A DNA stretch of 64,000 nucleotides from Octopus vulgaris (GCA_951406725.2 OX597828.1:29698001-29762000), one strand, 5' to 3'; counted from the stretch's first letter, positions 28,457 to 43,738 are shown. The notes: generated by a model from the sequence alone, not told the origin. Program-made: numbers and translations.

Positions 28457-29369
28457 AGAATCACACATATACTCTCCTCGCCGTCTCATACCCATTCTAG
28501 GCATCCCGCGTCCGATTTAGCAAGCATTTCGGCTCTAATTACAAGACTGGTTTGGTTTGTATATAAATTTGCATCAGTTCTGCAAAAGATTTTTTTTTCT
28601 GTTTGTCTGCAAATTGCCAATTCATATAAGCAATTCTCAAGATAATTGAATATATGGCTAATTAACTATCTTAACGAAGTGTCAGCTGTTCATTTCCACA
28701 AGGTGTGAACTGCCACTCACTATAGCAGATATACTTCGTTAGTCACTCTTTTAGATGTACTAAACGTCAAAGGAATGAACGAGAAAGCTTTTAGATAGTC
28801 ATGTTACTTCTTTGCTAGAAATAACAGTCAAATTTCTCTCAGATACAGCCTCTTGTTTTGAAAAGATACTGTTTTGGATAATTGAATTCTAGATGCGTGA
28901 TATCTAACATAAAGACATTGTAGATCACTATGGAACTTACTTAATCAAATACCATTTTAATGAAGGCGATCTAGGATTAAAGAAAAACAAGAACAAAATC
29001 AGCAATGACAACAACAACGACAATGTCAACAACAACAACAACAGTGCCAGCAGCAACAACAACAGCAACAGCAAGAACAACAACAACAACAACGATAGCA
29101 ACAACCACTATATGTCCTCATGGTTAACGCAGTAAAGAGTGATTGGTGCATAGTTGCAGATGGTTCGTTCTCACTCAAGCGAAGACTGAAAAATTACAAA
29201 ACTAAATATAAATATATCTTACACGTTGTGTGTAGTTGAAAAACCAGAGGTTGGGGTTTCCGTCTGGGAAAGATGCTTTTTATAAACATGTCTTGGAAGA
29301 AAAAAAAAAAAAGGCACAATATTTTTCAGAGTTAAGCGAAATGAAATCATCCCAGAAATGACTGCGTGT

Positions 29370-29414
29370 GCGACAGATATATATTTCGCTGTTGTTGCGG
29401 CTTCTCAGTGTCAC
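29370..29414 (-). ncRNA. Degenerate minimal type I hammerhead motif
   Basis: gtgaca-CTGA(-)GA-a-gccg-caacaa-cagc-GAAA-T-ATAT-ATC-tgtcgc. Stem I gtgaca/tgtcgc. One core nucleotide is missing. Confidence 0.55.
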
Positions 29415-32400
29415 GTATTTGTGTCATTTACGTTATAAAACCAGGAACAGCCCGTCTGAAATGTAGAGAAATAGTGTATAAACTATACACTGATTTGCAG
29501 ATGGGAGGACAAATATTGATCTCATTACCATAGAGAGAGTTCTTCAAGTCAAGCATAGCATGAACTTCAGTTTTTCACATGATTGTTATGTATATTTCTG
29601 CCAGGTCTTGAAATGACATCTCCACTTTTACAATTTCACATAAATTTAGGCTCAGCAAATATTTTCTCGGTACATAATATAGTTAAACTTACATTAGTAT
29701 ACACATACATCATTTTGTGCACGTTGAAGATTTTGTACAGTATAGTAACGATGAATAATCAGAAAAAAACAAACTCTATTTCCTCGTAATGGGCGGCCAC
29801 GAGTTTCTTCTTCATACAGAGGCATGAGCATGGCTTCCATCATTGCAAAGATAACGCTATATCGGTTTGGAAGATATGTTCCGCAACGTGAGTCAATACG
29901 CTGATATCTTCATGGAAATGCTTATGGCTGGAAAAAAAACAACTTAGTTAACGAAAACTGTTTCCATCGAAATACTCTGCAATCTGAAATATTGCAACTA
30001 CACATTTTGATGAGATTGTCCAACATACACTTAGAAGGACTTTTCTCTTATTTTACTGTGCCAAAAATGAAAAAAAGGCAACTAAAAAAGGGCAAAGACA
30101 AAAAAAGGTCAACAGCATTGTGGGAGTTTTACACTTACATCTGGGATACGTATAAATTCATGTAAAATAACTCCGAGTCCTTTATGATGATGATGATGAT
30201 GATGATCGTCATCATCATCATTAACAGCAGCAGCTGTAGCACCACCAACACCACTGTCACGCTCCGCCCCTTCATTATCATTAATAACGTCATCACCAAC
30301 ACCGCCACCCCCGCTTCAATTGCCGCCATGCTCCACCTCCCTGTCATCGTTGTTGTCTCCGTCGCTATCATCATCATCATCATCAGGTATCATGTTTCCT
30401 AAGCGTGTTGACAACCAGAGAACACTAAAGCGGTCTCATCCTCTCCTTATATAGACACTGTATTTGACAATCGGTCTATTTCTCGATATCATCCATTCGT
30501 TATGAATTTTCTCCTTCCTCATTTTCCATTTAATTTGTCTTCTATTAACAATTTTTGTAATCTACTTTTTGCTAATTAACCGTCCAAAGATATATCGCGC
30601 TAATCAACAAATGACATTCCTTCACGTAACTATTTTTTTTTATTCCCTAGACAAAGCATCTCTTAAATATTTCCTTGGATAGTTGCTTTTTATAGACTAT
30701 AAAATGAGAACAACCCTGCTTTATTATTTCTACGGTGAAAACAAGACTCGAAAATCTAGGAATGTTCCTTAGTTTTCTGTAATGGTGAAGCGAATTTCAA
30801 CATCTTTGAAGTCACCCAGATGTAAAGCAGCTTCCTTGCTAGAGTCCAAGCATGTGTTATTTTGGAGTAATCTCAGCACCAGAAATACACTGGGATCTAG
30901 TCTTTTTTTTTTGTTCATTCGCAAAATCATCCCCCTTTATTTCGCTCAAATTGCTTTCAATTTTAGTGTATCGATGCACCGCTGAATTTTTATTACGATC
31001 AACCAATTACTTTATCTCGTAAATTAAAGAATCCGATGTTATTTGGAATTAATGTTGGGAAATGTGGGTAATTTTAGCCAATCAACAGACATTGTAACAT
31101 TAACAGCTTGTCATCCTGTTTCACTTCAACCGCATGTTGTGTTGATTCTTCACATCACGAGATTTACTTCACCCACGTGCTTTCTTTTAATTAAAATTGG
31201 TTTATCAATTAGAATTTTATCATAGAAATTTTTCGCCAATTGTCTTCATATTTTACATATTTTTCATATATAGCAAAAGTTGCTTGCGATGTTTATACAG
31301 TTTCTTGGCATAATGAAGATGAGTGGAAAATGTGAACTTAGTACACAACCGCAAACTTACACTTCAAGCACAGTATTGAAAAAGCATCGGTGACTCATCG
31401 ACTCAGTATTATCAAGCTTCAGGTTCTCATTGACTCAGTTGGATTTATGACTTCACTAGGTTAATTCTATTCATAAACATTTAAATTAGGAGTATTCCTT
31501 AAACCGTTGGATTCACATTTCAACACCTTAACTGAAATTTAGCCCATGTAACAGGAACTGAGAGGGATATTGTGGAACAGAGAAAGTGTAGGTGATACAG
31601 ATAATTTGACATTATTTTTGAATAATTCTGCATGCAAAAGCATATAAGAGACAGGTATTCTTTTTCTTGGGACAAATTCTTTGTTGACCAGTGTTATTCT
31701 TATCGTTGTTTATAAATCCAGGCATGAAGTTTTGGAGACAGACACACACACATACACATACACTTACACACCCACACCCACACACACACTCTGTCTCTCA
31801 CACACAAATGCACTTATATATTAATTATGTATACAAATACATGACAGATGTACATAATCCTGGAATACGCATAAACACATTCAGACAAATACATTTATAC
31901 AACAAATATAAGAAATAAAAAACATATAATCAATGAAGAGATAAAAGAAACATTAAGATAATAATGTTGATTTTATTAAGTATTTCTGTTTATTTATTTC
32001 TACAATGAAATTAGGTATTTCTGTTTGTTTAGAAACCTACATTGAACAGGTCATTTCACAGACGCTAAACTATAAATTTCACAGGGTACAACCTTAAAGT
32101 TGAGACCGCTCCGCTAAACGCAGAAAATTTATCTCTTTAATGACTAAAATTACACAGATTTTTCTATTTTCAAACTTCTGTAACTTATTCCTCCAATATC
32201 TTCTTCACAGCACCATACCTTCATAGCAATAAGACTGGAAAACTATATTATTATAGCCGATTTTCAGATTTGTTACTGTCCTTTAAAAATGAATATTTTG
32301 TAAATGGAAAAACTAGATCCATATATTTCATCTGATTAACGATTTACTGGATTTCTCCTCAAAAACTATAAACTGCAAGCTCTGTATGTCATTACATTCT

Positions 32401-32943
32401 ACTGAAATCCAGCGACTCTTAAATATGACGTTTCGAACGGCCAAGTGTGACAGCTAATTGGAACACTGAGGATTATACTGGTTTGTATTATAAATGTCCG
32501 CAACAAAATACTTGCCTTCTATGTGCATTGGCTTTTGAAAACCGATATGACATTTTCTCCACTATTACACGCATAGTTATAGAAGCGAGTTTTACCTTCA
32601 CTATCCTACATTTTCTGTTAGGATAGAGATGTAGTGTTCATTCTCTCTCTAGAGTTAAGTACATTAGTATGATGATTAAACGATATTTCAATGCATGCTC
32701 TGTTAATCCAGAATAATTTTTATTGGATATGCAAGTTCCGTTTGCGGTCGGAAACATGTCCATTACTTAACTCTTCTCCACTCCCAATAACGCCGCAAAA
32801 GAACACTAACGCTCACCAAACTGAACTACGAACTACAATCAATTCTGAAACTGAGATTAGTGACAAATTGTTTCATCAGCTTTACACGAATAAATCAACT
32901 CTGCTACATGCCTTCCGTACTTTTTCCTTCTTTAGATTTTTAA

Positions 32944-32982
<39 letters not shown>

Positions 32983-33435
32983 AGAAAAGAAACGGAGGCG
33001 GACTAGAAGAACAACAGGAAAAAGCGAGGAGAGAGAGATTTAAAACATTACACAACAATTCATCCCACGTGTCATTGCAATAAACACAACCAATTATTTC
33101 ACGTTTAGATGAATGAATCATTATGGATAATCGGATAATGAAACCTGTTACTACTGATTTGAAGTTGATCCTCAGGATTTTTATAAAATCAATAGACTGT
33201 AACCTAGCGGTTCGAGAGATAAAGTTTCAATCCTGTACTAGAGTCGTTTCTTCGAATCACATTTTTCTTCTAACGCTTTTTTCTCTCCGCGGCGTTTGGG
33301 AGTTCGTTGTGCAACCGCGAGGTTCTGTCTTCGATCTCAATGTGCACAACACTGGGCAGGCGTCTCCTACTGTAGCTTCCAGACAGAGAAATGTTTTGTT
33401 AGCGAATTTGTAGAGGGAAACTCAAAAAACCTCAC

Positions 33436-33506
<71 letters not shown>

Positions 33507-33620
33507 CATAAAACTGCTATTGCAAGTTGATATTATTAGCCTGCACAATAAAATAGGGGCTTTATGTGAATGCTCAAAAACGTCACCTGTAAATGAACCT
33601 AAAGCATATATATACGCGCG

Positions 33621-33654
<34 letters not shown>

Positions 33655-33730
33655 CACACAAAAACATATATACACACTCACGCACATATATATCTATACA
33701 CACAAGCATATATACACACATATATATATG

Positions 33731-33764
<34 letters not shown>

Positions 33765-33848
33765 CATACATCTATACACACACACATATACGCACACATA
33801 TATACACACAAACACACATACATATATATACACAGACACACACACACA

Positions 33849-33963
33849 GGTGTATGAAAAGTTTTGAGACTCCAAAAAAAAACATGGTAAAGACGCCAAG
33901 TACTGTATACATAAATATATACACATGCATATTGAAGGCTCAAAACCTTTCATACACCCCTCG

Positions 33964-33966
<3 letters not shown>
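33849..33966. mobile_element. Mariner-type MITE / internal-deletion derivative
   Basis: ggtgtatgaaaagttttgag ... ctcaaaacctttcatacacccctcg-TA inverted ends. Confidence 0.6.
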
Positions 33967-33995
<29 letters not shown>

Positions 33996-34174
33996 ATGGA
34001 CTCCCTCGTCGTTACATGAGGTATGTGGGATCGACAATTTCTTACAGAACAATGACACAGATGATTTGATTAAAGTGATCAAATGCTTGTGTAGACATAA
34101 ACTCAATCACTCCATCAAATTGATATTTACCTTTATAGGTGCAACTGGGTGCTGCATATCAGATGTCGAAATCA

Positions 34175-34299
34175 CCGCAGAGCAACGTGAAATGAAGTGC
34201 TTTGCTCAAGAACACAACGCAACGCCCGATCTGGGAATCGCACTCGCGATATAGCAATCGTGAGTGAAACACCTTAACCACTGAACAGTGCGCCTTCAC
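34175..34299 (-). mobile_element. Third tRNA-derived SINE family (C), head fragment
   Basis: Minus strand gtgaaggcgcactgttcagtggttaagg...cgattccc...gtgttcttgagcaaagcacttcatttcacgttgctc gives a tRNA head plus a CORE-like block. Confidence 0.6.
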
Positions 34300-34511
34300 A
34301 TACACTTATATATACATAAATACATATATATATATATTTATACACACACACACACATGTATATATATATATACTCACATATATATAGATACATAAATATA
34401 TACACATACATATGTACACATATTTATACACAAACACACACACATATATATATATACATATATTTATATATACATATATACATATATATACATGCAGATA
34501 CATACATACCT

Positions 34512-34578
<67 letters not shown>

Positions 34579-34588
34579 TATACATACA

Positions 34589-34713
34589 TTATTAAGAGAA
34601 CTGCAAAGACATCGCAAAAGCTGTTACCCAGTGTCTCATATTCCCGTTCGACAGACGGCAACGTGAAACTCTGAGTAATAGGTTTTGTGAAGTATTTGCA
34701 GCTTTATTAATAA
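34589..34713. mobile_element. Imperfect fold-back (arms about 60 bp) centred on a degenerate hammerhead
   Basis: Minus strand: gccgt-CTGTCGA-acgggaatat-GAGAC-actgg-GTA-acagc. The plus arm has GAAAC-tctga-GTA. Sits in a microsatellite. Confidence 0.6.
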
Positions 34714-34788
34714 AGCCTGTTACTCTACCTCCGATATTCCAGATCTATTTTTCTACCTTGTTTCACATTTAAGTGGTTACTTTGCTAT

Positions 34789-34829
<41 letters not shown>

Positions 34830-34995
34830 GTTCAAATTTACAGAAAACAAAAGACGAATATTAGTGTAGGAACAAGAAGCTGGTGTACTGGTTTAAAGCT
34901 CGGGAAGTGAGAAAGTCTTTTAGGTTTTGAGCCTGCGCTCATCACCAGAAAGGAACACAGAAATAAGCAAAGAGAAAAAATAAAAAAAGGTTTAG
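34830..34995 (-). mobile_element. PLE-terminal-repeat-like fragment with degenerate hammerhead (34917-34952)
   Basis: cttt-CTGGTGA-t-gagc-gcag-gctc-AAAAC-CTA-aaag. Its relative at 25045-25075 retains GAAACGTT-aaag. Confidence 0.55.
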
Positions 34996-36354
34996 TGGCT
35001 AGCGATCAATCATGTATACAATATTATATATATGCATGTATGTACATATATATGTGTTACTGTCTGTGTTTGTACCGAATCACCGTTTGACAATTACTGA
35101 TGTTTGTTTACGACCCTGTAGTGTAGTGGCTCAGCAAAAGAGACGGTAAGATAATTAACCGACTAAGAATATAAATACTAGGGTGGATTTCTTCCGACTA
35201 ATTCCCTTTGAGGCGGTGCTTCAGCATGGCCACGGTTCAATGACTGAAACAGGCGACGTGTAAAACATCAGACCTAGAAAATAATGCTCGAAGTACATCA
35301 TATACCAGGACGGCGCTCCTATGAATCATCAGGTGTTAAAATTCCACCACCTTTATTTGAAAGAGAAAAAAAGCGAAAATAATTGGTTTCAGGACAGGAA
35401 ATGATTGCAGACGCGATTAAATCAGATTTGCTGCAGAAAAATTAATAACGGTGCCAGGACTTTTTCTTTCTAAAACAACTGATCATATTGGTTGAACAGA
35501 TAATAGGCAACTGAAAATTGCTTGTATAAGAAAAGAACGATTGTTGTTTATCCTAAAATCTAGGATGAAAGACATATTACGTAAATTCTGAATTGATCGA
35601 CCATTAAATGTGAAGTGATTATCACCAGCTTAAGAATTAGTAATATAACAAGAAATAGGTGATATAACAAGAAGTAATTATTTATTCCATTATTAGTATT
35701 TTAAAGAAACGCTAGAAAATAGCTTGCAAAATATTAGCGATGGTCGTTTTTGAATATTCGTAGGTGATCAAGTGACCTATTAGAAACACCGTAGAAAATT
35801 CCCATAAATCACACTATAGTGTTTTAAAATGCTAAGATAATCTGAATAATGGGGGCACCCTTCAGGAATGGCTTACACGTCGGAAGTTGCATTTCCTCTG
35901 GCACTTTACGATCTCATTTTAACTCCTGCTGTGGCCAACTTTGCCTTTCATCCGGTGCCGGTGAAATAAAGTAACAGCCAACTGCAGTTGTTGATGCCAT
36001 CGATGTGTCCCCTCCTCTCAAAATTGTTTGCCATGAACCCCGTAATGTGACTGTGTACTCTTCAGGGGGAACATCGGGATTTCGGTCAGAGAAACTGGTA
36101 TAATCGGTCTCATGAGTCCTAGGCTTCAAAAGCAAAAAAATTCTGTTTTGAAAAAAAAACGCCTGGATGGTCATGGTTGGAATGCTTGTGACCTCAGGTT
36201 TTACTGAATCGGAGATAATCTAGAACTAAACAATAACATTAACTTCTACTGAGGTAAAACATTCAGCTGGTTTCGATTCCCGATTTTTGTAATAAAACTT
36301 AATTTAGACTGCTAGTACAATATATCCAACTTTTTAAAAAACCTGTGTTCAGTG

Positions 36355-36515
36355 CCAAAATTTATAGAATCACAAGGAGCTTGATCGTGACACCAAAATT
36401 TATAGAATCACAAGGAGCTTGATCGTGACACCAAAATTTATAGAATCACAAGGAGCTTGATCGTGACACCAAAATTTATAGAATCACAAGGAGCTTGATC
36501 GTGACACCAAAATTT
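36355..36515. repeat. 38-bp perfect tandem repeat, 4.2 copies
   Basis: ccaaaatttatagaatcacaaggagcttgatcgtgaca at 36355, 36393, 36431 and 36469, partial at 36507. Confidence 0.97.
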
Positions 36516-37579
36516 GAATTAAACAATAATTAGTTTGAGAATTTTGGTCGCTATTACAGGTGCAATTGTGACAAAGATAGAGCATTTCCACAGCATTGTG
36601 AAACAGAAGAATATTTCAAGCCTTACTAGAGGCCAGTTCATTAGTTTTTGGTAGTTATTTGCACACGTTCCTCTGTAGCTTAGGACTTATATTGTGGTGG
36701 TGGTGGTGGTGGTGGTGGGGAAACAGGTATAGTCGATTCTAGAAATATTCAATACGTTGATTCATCAACAGTTCGATAACACTCGTCCTCTGTCCAACAT
36801 TTATTTGGTTAGAAATAACACCATCGTAAATAGAATGACTCAAGCTCGTAGAGTTATCTCGGACCAGGGTTTCGTAAAGTTACGACTGAACTACTGTTCT
36901 AGAGACTGAAGTAAATAGCATTACTTTTCTATTTTTGCTTGATTTTTTTTTCTCCTCACAGAAAACACTACAATTTTCTAAGAGACGAAGAATCTATATT
37001 AACCATGTTAATTCAGTGATCGATATAGACACACAAGAAACCGAGCTCTCATAACGTAAGATAAATGTAATTGCACATCATCAAACTCTTACATTGATTT
37101 CTTTCTTAAACACAACAGCCATATATTTATAATGGAGTGAAGAAACGTGGTTGTGTAAGGTTTATGCGTGTTGAGGACATTAGCGGCGTATGTGATGTGA
37201 ACTGGTTTTAATCGATTATCAATAATATAAAGAACGACGACAGACAAAACGACAAAACCGAGTGGTAGTAGTAGTAGTAGTAGTGGTAGTAGTGGTAACG
37301 GCAGTAGCAGTAGCAATATTAATAGTAGGAGAAGCAGAGAAGTAGTACTAGCATTTAGTAGTATTAGTAGTAATAGTAGTAGTAGTAGTAGTAGATCAAG
37401 ACAAACAAGAATTAGAAGAGAAAAGAGAGGAAAAGAAGATAGTGATGATGACGATGATGATGATGAAGAGGAGGAGGAGGGGGGGACGTTGATGAAGATG
37501 AAGAAAAAAGAAGGAAAGTTCGGTTTTCCTGTCCACCATTTCCGCGAGCTCAACAATTACTTTTCATATATTTATAGCA

Positions 37580-39330
37580 TAGGCATTGCTGTGTGGTTAA
37601 GAAAGTCGGTTTCCAACCACATGGTTTCGGGTTCAGTCCCGCTACGCGGCACCTTGACATGTATTTTACTGTAGTCCTGGAACAATCGATTCCTTGTGCA
37701 AATATGGTAGAGAAAAGCTGTCAAAACCGATCGTATACGCACCACACACCTATATATATATATATGTATATATATATATTCATATATTGGGTTATCCCAT
37801 AAATAATGCGGTTTCTTTTATACTTCTTTCTGTTTTCAAAATTAAGATAAAGAAAGTTCTTTTTTAATGTAAAACATACTCTCCATTTTCTACAATGCTC
37901 TTCATTCTATCTGGTAGACTTGAAAGATCCTTCTTCAAAAATTCACTTGTCCGTCACGAAAAGTGCTCCTCCAGTACTGTTCTGACCTCGACTACAGAAT
38001 TCATATTTTTTTTCCGGCTAAATGATTTTGAGGACTGTAGAATAAATGATAATCAGATGGTGTAATATCCGGCGAACATGGTGGGTGGGGCATCGTTTCC
38101 CATTCAAACTACTCCAGCCTTTCGAATGTCATCTTCGCTGTATGTGGTAGAGCATTATCTTGATGGAGCAACACCTTTCATCTTGAAACCAAAGACGGTC
38201 GTTTTTCGTCTTGCGCTGACTTAAACTACTGAAGCTGCTCGCAGTAGAACTCCTTTGTTATCGTTTGGTTTGGGATCAAGAAGTTCTAGGTGGACTTAAC
38301 CTTTCATATCCCACGAAACACATAACAACACCTTACGTGGATGTAGACCTTCTTTAGCCTGGGGTGCCGGTGTTTCTCCTTTCCCTACCCAGTGTGTTCG
38401 GCGATTGACATTCTTATAGAGAACCTATTTCTTGTCACCAGTCACTATTCAGTTCAAAAAACGTTCATTTGTGAGATACATTAGACACAGGAAGTTTGTG
38501 AGAAACCCATTGACCCAATTTGTTGACATTTCAGATGGTACGCAGGTGTCCATGAATGGTTGAATGACCAAATCCAAGCTTCTTTGATAGTTCCTCAACA
38601 GTTACGATAGGAGTGTGATCCACCGGGGTTTGCAGGACGTTCTTGTGGAGCTCTACAGATCTTCCAGGATGAGTCTCGTCTTCTAGGCTGTAGTTTCCAG
38701 CTCGGAATTTCTGGAAACACCGTTAACACTGGCTTACGATTATTGTCCGATCCCCATATACTGCATTAATATTCCTCGCACTTTTCCATTGCTTTGCTAC
38801 CTTTATTGAACTCATAAAGCAAAATATGCCGAATATGCTCCTTTGTCACTTTCATTAGAGCTTTGAAAAAATAACTGTTAAAATCAAACTGCACTCTTCA
38901 AAACTCACACTAAGAATAAGGACAAAGTAAAATTACTACCTGCTTTTATAGCAAGTTGATGCAGGTAGTTTATCCCATCCCCCTCCGGTGTTTAGTTGAT
39001 GCAATTGAAAAAACTGCATTATTTATGGGATGACTCAATAAATATATGCACAGACACAAATATGTCTCTGTGTCTGTGTTTGTGCATTCTATAACTTGAT
39101 AATCGGTATTAATGTGTTTAAGTTCCCGTAGTTAGATGTTCAGCAAAGGAGACACAGAATAAGTACTAGACTTCTAAATAACACAATAAAAACCCAAAAC
39201 AAAACAAATAAGCAAAAACAGAATAAAAACAACAAGAAATTCATAAAGTCCATCTTTTTTGAGAAAAACTCGCTTCAAAGTGGTTTTTCAATATGGCCGC
39301 TGTCCAGTGATTGAAACAAGCGATAAAACA
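37580..39330 (+). mobile_element. Old SINE family A copy split by a mariner insertion
   Basis: Head at 37580-37785. The 3' half (cttgataatcgg...gaataagtact...atggccgc...gaaacaag) lies at 39060-39330. Confidence 0.7.
37787..39038 (-). mobile_element. Full-length degenerate mariner (DD34D) element with TIRs and TA target-site duplication
   Basis: TIRs ttgggttatcccataaataatgcggttt and aaactgcattatttatgggatgactcaa, each flanked by TA. ATG at 38855 (MKVTKEHIRHILLYEFNKG). Motifs VTGDKK*, HPRKVLLCVSWD, HQDNALPH, SPDITPSDYHLF. Confidence 0.93.
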
Positions 39331-39644
39331 TCAAGATACTAACCCTCAAGCACATGATTTGCCTAAAGTGTGTAGTCTGGTGTCTCTTGTAAGAAATCAA
39401 TATTATTAATAGCAACGTAGTAGATAGGTAGTGCTTTTTAAGAACCAGCGATATTTAGTTCTTTCTGAATTTCATATTTCTTTCAGTTCTATAAAACTGA
39501 AGTTATTGCGTACGGAAAATTTACTAATGAAATTCAAATTTACTCACTGTTCTTACCGAAACCAGTAGCTTTAGTAAATCAAATATCTACTCAAACTATT
39601 AATAGTATGGTTTTCAAAATGCTTTGGCAAAATAAGGCATTGTA

Positions 39645-40380
<736 letters not shown>

Positions 40381-40670
40381 TTGTAGCTTAATTATTTTGA
40401 TTAAAAGCAAAGATCCAGTGCTACATATTTGGCCTTCTCAAAACATGCCTGTATTCCGATTTTAAGTCTTGCAGAGTTCATATCTTACCGAGTGAGGAAC
40501 TTACCCTTCCTGAAATATAGTAACTCGTACAGCGCAAAGTAAGAATGAAAAGTAACATGTGGTATTGTACATACGAGTTTTTATTTTTCTTGGGTTACCT
40601 AGGGAATGACAGGCAGCGGTCCTTTGGGTTTTGAAGGAGTCAACTGACGAGTGATATCCGTGTAGTTTAA

Positions 40671-41024
40671 GGCGGCGAGCTGGCAGAAACGTTAGCACGC
40701 CGGGCGAAATGCTTAGCGGTATTTCGTCTGCCGCTACGTTCTGAGTTCAAATTCCGCCGAGGTCGACTTTGCCTTTCATCCTTTCGGGGACTTAACCCGT
40801 GTGTCTGTCCTTGTTTGTCCTCTCTGTATTTAGCCCCTTGTGGGTAGTAAAGAAATAGGTATTTTGTCTGCCGTTACGTTCTGAGTTCAAATTCCGCCGA
40901 GGTCGACTTTGCCTTTCATCCTTTCGGGGTCGATGAAATAAGTACCAGTTACGCACTGGGGGTAGATTAAATTGACTATCCCCTTCCCCAAAATTTCAGG
41001 CCTTGTGTCTATGGTAGAAAAGGA
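40671..41024 (+). mobile_element. SINE family B with duplicated body
   Basis: Matches 27090-27328. The second unit starts at about 40860. Confidence 0.9.
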
Positions 41025-41270
41025 TATTTATGTAGGTGAGGTCCACTCCAACATCTGAAAATTGAAATGTAGTAGATGCAAGCACGGTTACGTGGTAAAA
41101 AGCACGTTTTGCAAATACGTGGCTTCGGGTTCAATTCCTCTGCACAGCGCCACAGGAAAGCGACTTCATCTATTGCGATGGCATTCTTTCTAAATACTTA
41201 TCCAATTTCATATATTTCTCTGATTTCCCAAAGTTGAGACAGAAAGACGAAGAACTATACTGCAAAACGT

Positions 41271-41316
<46 letters not shown>

Positions 41317-41517
41317 TATTATTAATATTTGAGGGAATAAAATTTTATATACGTTATTATATATACGTTATTATTATTATTATTTTTTGTTTTGGAATTT
41401 ACTTAATCACTGACATTTTATTGTTATTTTAATGTTAATATTTCTATTGTATGTAATTTTCTAGATGGTGTAATTTAATTGTTCATTTTAAATTAATAAA
41501 AGGTGTTTTTTTTTTCA

Positions 41518-41597
<80 letters not shown>

Positions 41598-42919
41598 TTG
41601 TCCTGACAACCAATGGTTTGTTTACGTCTTCGTAACTTAGCGGTTCGGAAAAAGAGACCGATAGAATAAGTACTAGGCTTACAAAAAATATGTCCTGGGG
41701 TCGATTTCTTCGACTAAAGGTGGTGTTCCAGCATGGCCGCAGTGAAATGACTGAAAGGAGTAAAAGAGTAAAATGTAAAAGAGAATAAATACCACACTTG
41801 AATACAAAATAAATACTGCGGTCGATTTGTTGGACAAAATGCTTCAAGACGGTGCTCAAGCGTGGCCGCAGTCCAGTGACCGAAACGCATATAACAAAAG
41901 ATAACAATAGATAATTACTATTTGGGGAAAATACGTTGGGATGGTCAAAACTAGAACGACGTTATTCAGCCATGTGGTCAGTGAAAGCCTCGTGGACATT
42001 CAATAACAACAATACCAACAACAGTTCTGTTTGTTTATCAAATTAAGTAGCGTCTGTGTCGATTCTTGGCCTATAAGAAATGAGAGCTATAATCTCTCAG
42101 AAACTACATTGTAGTGTCTTGGGGAAAAAGGACATATTGGATAATGTAATCCTAAATATAATAGGTCTATGAAGAACACAAAATCCGATAGGTCAAGAGT
42201 AGAACTTCTTTAATCATACATCCTATCGACCAGTACTGATCGGGAACAAACAGCAGTGAAAATAAACCTAATTCTGTCCATTACGCAGCCTACATATCTA
42301 GTTGTGTATAGATCTAATGATATATACTAATTTTAGGTCCATCCATCCCACACCAGAGGAATCAATGTGAAATTATGATTATAAGTAATTAAATTTGTTT
42401 GTTAGGCTATATGTCAATGATGTAACAACTTGTAGTCATAGATTATCGTCTCACAGATAATAGAGGCTGGCCCCAAAATGGATGTTATACATACACACAA
42501 ATACACAGATATCTATGTAGCTGTGTAAATAAAAAAAACTCAGTATACAATCACTGCATTTCGGGTTCAGTCCCACGGCACGGCGACCTGAACAGGTACC
42601 ATCTATTATAGCTCAGGTCCAACCTGTGCCACTTGAGTGGACGGAAATTGTGTGGAAGTCAGCATGTCATTGTGGCTGTTTGTTCGTTCCTACCGCTTGA
42701 CACCTCACGTTGGTTTGCTTACGTAACCCGTAAATTGGGGATTTCGACAAAATGTACTGAAGGAATAAGTAATAAACTTGAAAATAAGTATTGGAGCTCA
42801 ATCTGACTCTTCAAGGCCTTACACCAGCGAGGCCGCAATCTGCAAGCAAATGTTAAAAACGTCTATGATATGGTTGTAGTATGTATGTGTAAATCCATAT
42901 ACACACATACATAAAATGT

Positions 42920-43137
42920 ATCTATCTATCCGTTCAGTCGAAGTCGACTCTCGGTCACTCGTTCGATCAGTGTCCTCCAGTCAGTTCTATCATGGGCCGC
43001 TTCTTTCAGATTGGCTATGTCCATTCCGGTATCACTCTTGGTCGGCCTCTTCCTCTCTTGCCACTGACCATTCCGAGCATGATGTCCTTCTCCAGGGATT
43101 TTCCCCGCATAATATGACCGAAATATGCCAATCTATA
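42920..43137 (-). mobile_element. RTE LINE 3' fragment, same family as 8970-9637
   Basis: Reverse-complement match including the (GATA)n tail, with an internal deletion. Confidence 0.85.
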
Positions 43138-43656
43138 CATAAAATAGTGAGGTCAATTATGGTTCGATCCAAACGTTTCAAAGAAATTCGAATCTGATGT
43201 TACAGGAGTCATTCACCATCGAACAGTATCTGCCGTGTTACTAATCCTAGTTTTCATATCAACCATAAACGAATACGATACACTGCGCCTTTTAGGGGAT
43301 TGAAATTCCTAGTGTAATATAAATAAAGCTGTATGAAATATCTCGCCACTCCACTGTCCCTGACACGTGATATTCAGTTAGAGTTAACATGACAGTGTGT
43401 GACGCACGTTCCATCTGATAAGCTTTTAGTGCTTGACCATCTATTCAATTTTATTCATAGAGATCCGATCGATTCAAGGTTATGGTAAACGACACTTAAA
43501 AAGATGTCACAAAGTGGAATCAAAACAAGGAATTATGTTTGCATAATTACTTGCTGCGTCCATATACATTTTATACTCCTAGAATTGATCTTAGTTTTAT
43601 CAATACATCATACCAGAAATTTGATAGACTAAAAGTGTACAAGGAGACGTTGTGCA

Positions 43657-43660
43657 TCTG

Positions 43661-43738
<78 letters not shown>

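Noticed and set aside
28560-28580. TATA box plus Inr-like tcagtt
   Set aside because: Spacing of about 12 nt is too short for a canonical core promoter.
36355-36515. CRISPR-like repeat length (38 bp)
   Set aside because: Units are contiguous with no spacers, the context is eukaryotic and there are no cas genes.
40485-40530. Minus-strand ttcag|gaagg|gtaagt 5-nt microexon
   Set aside because: Splice-like motifs this short are common by chance, and no host gene is evident.
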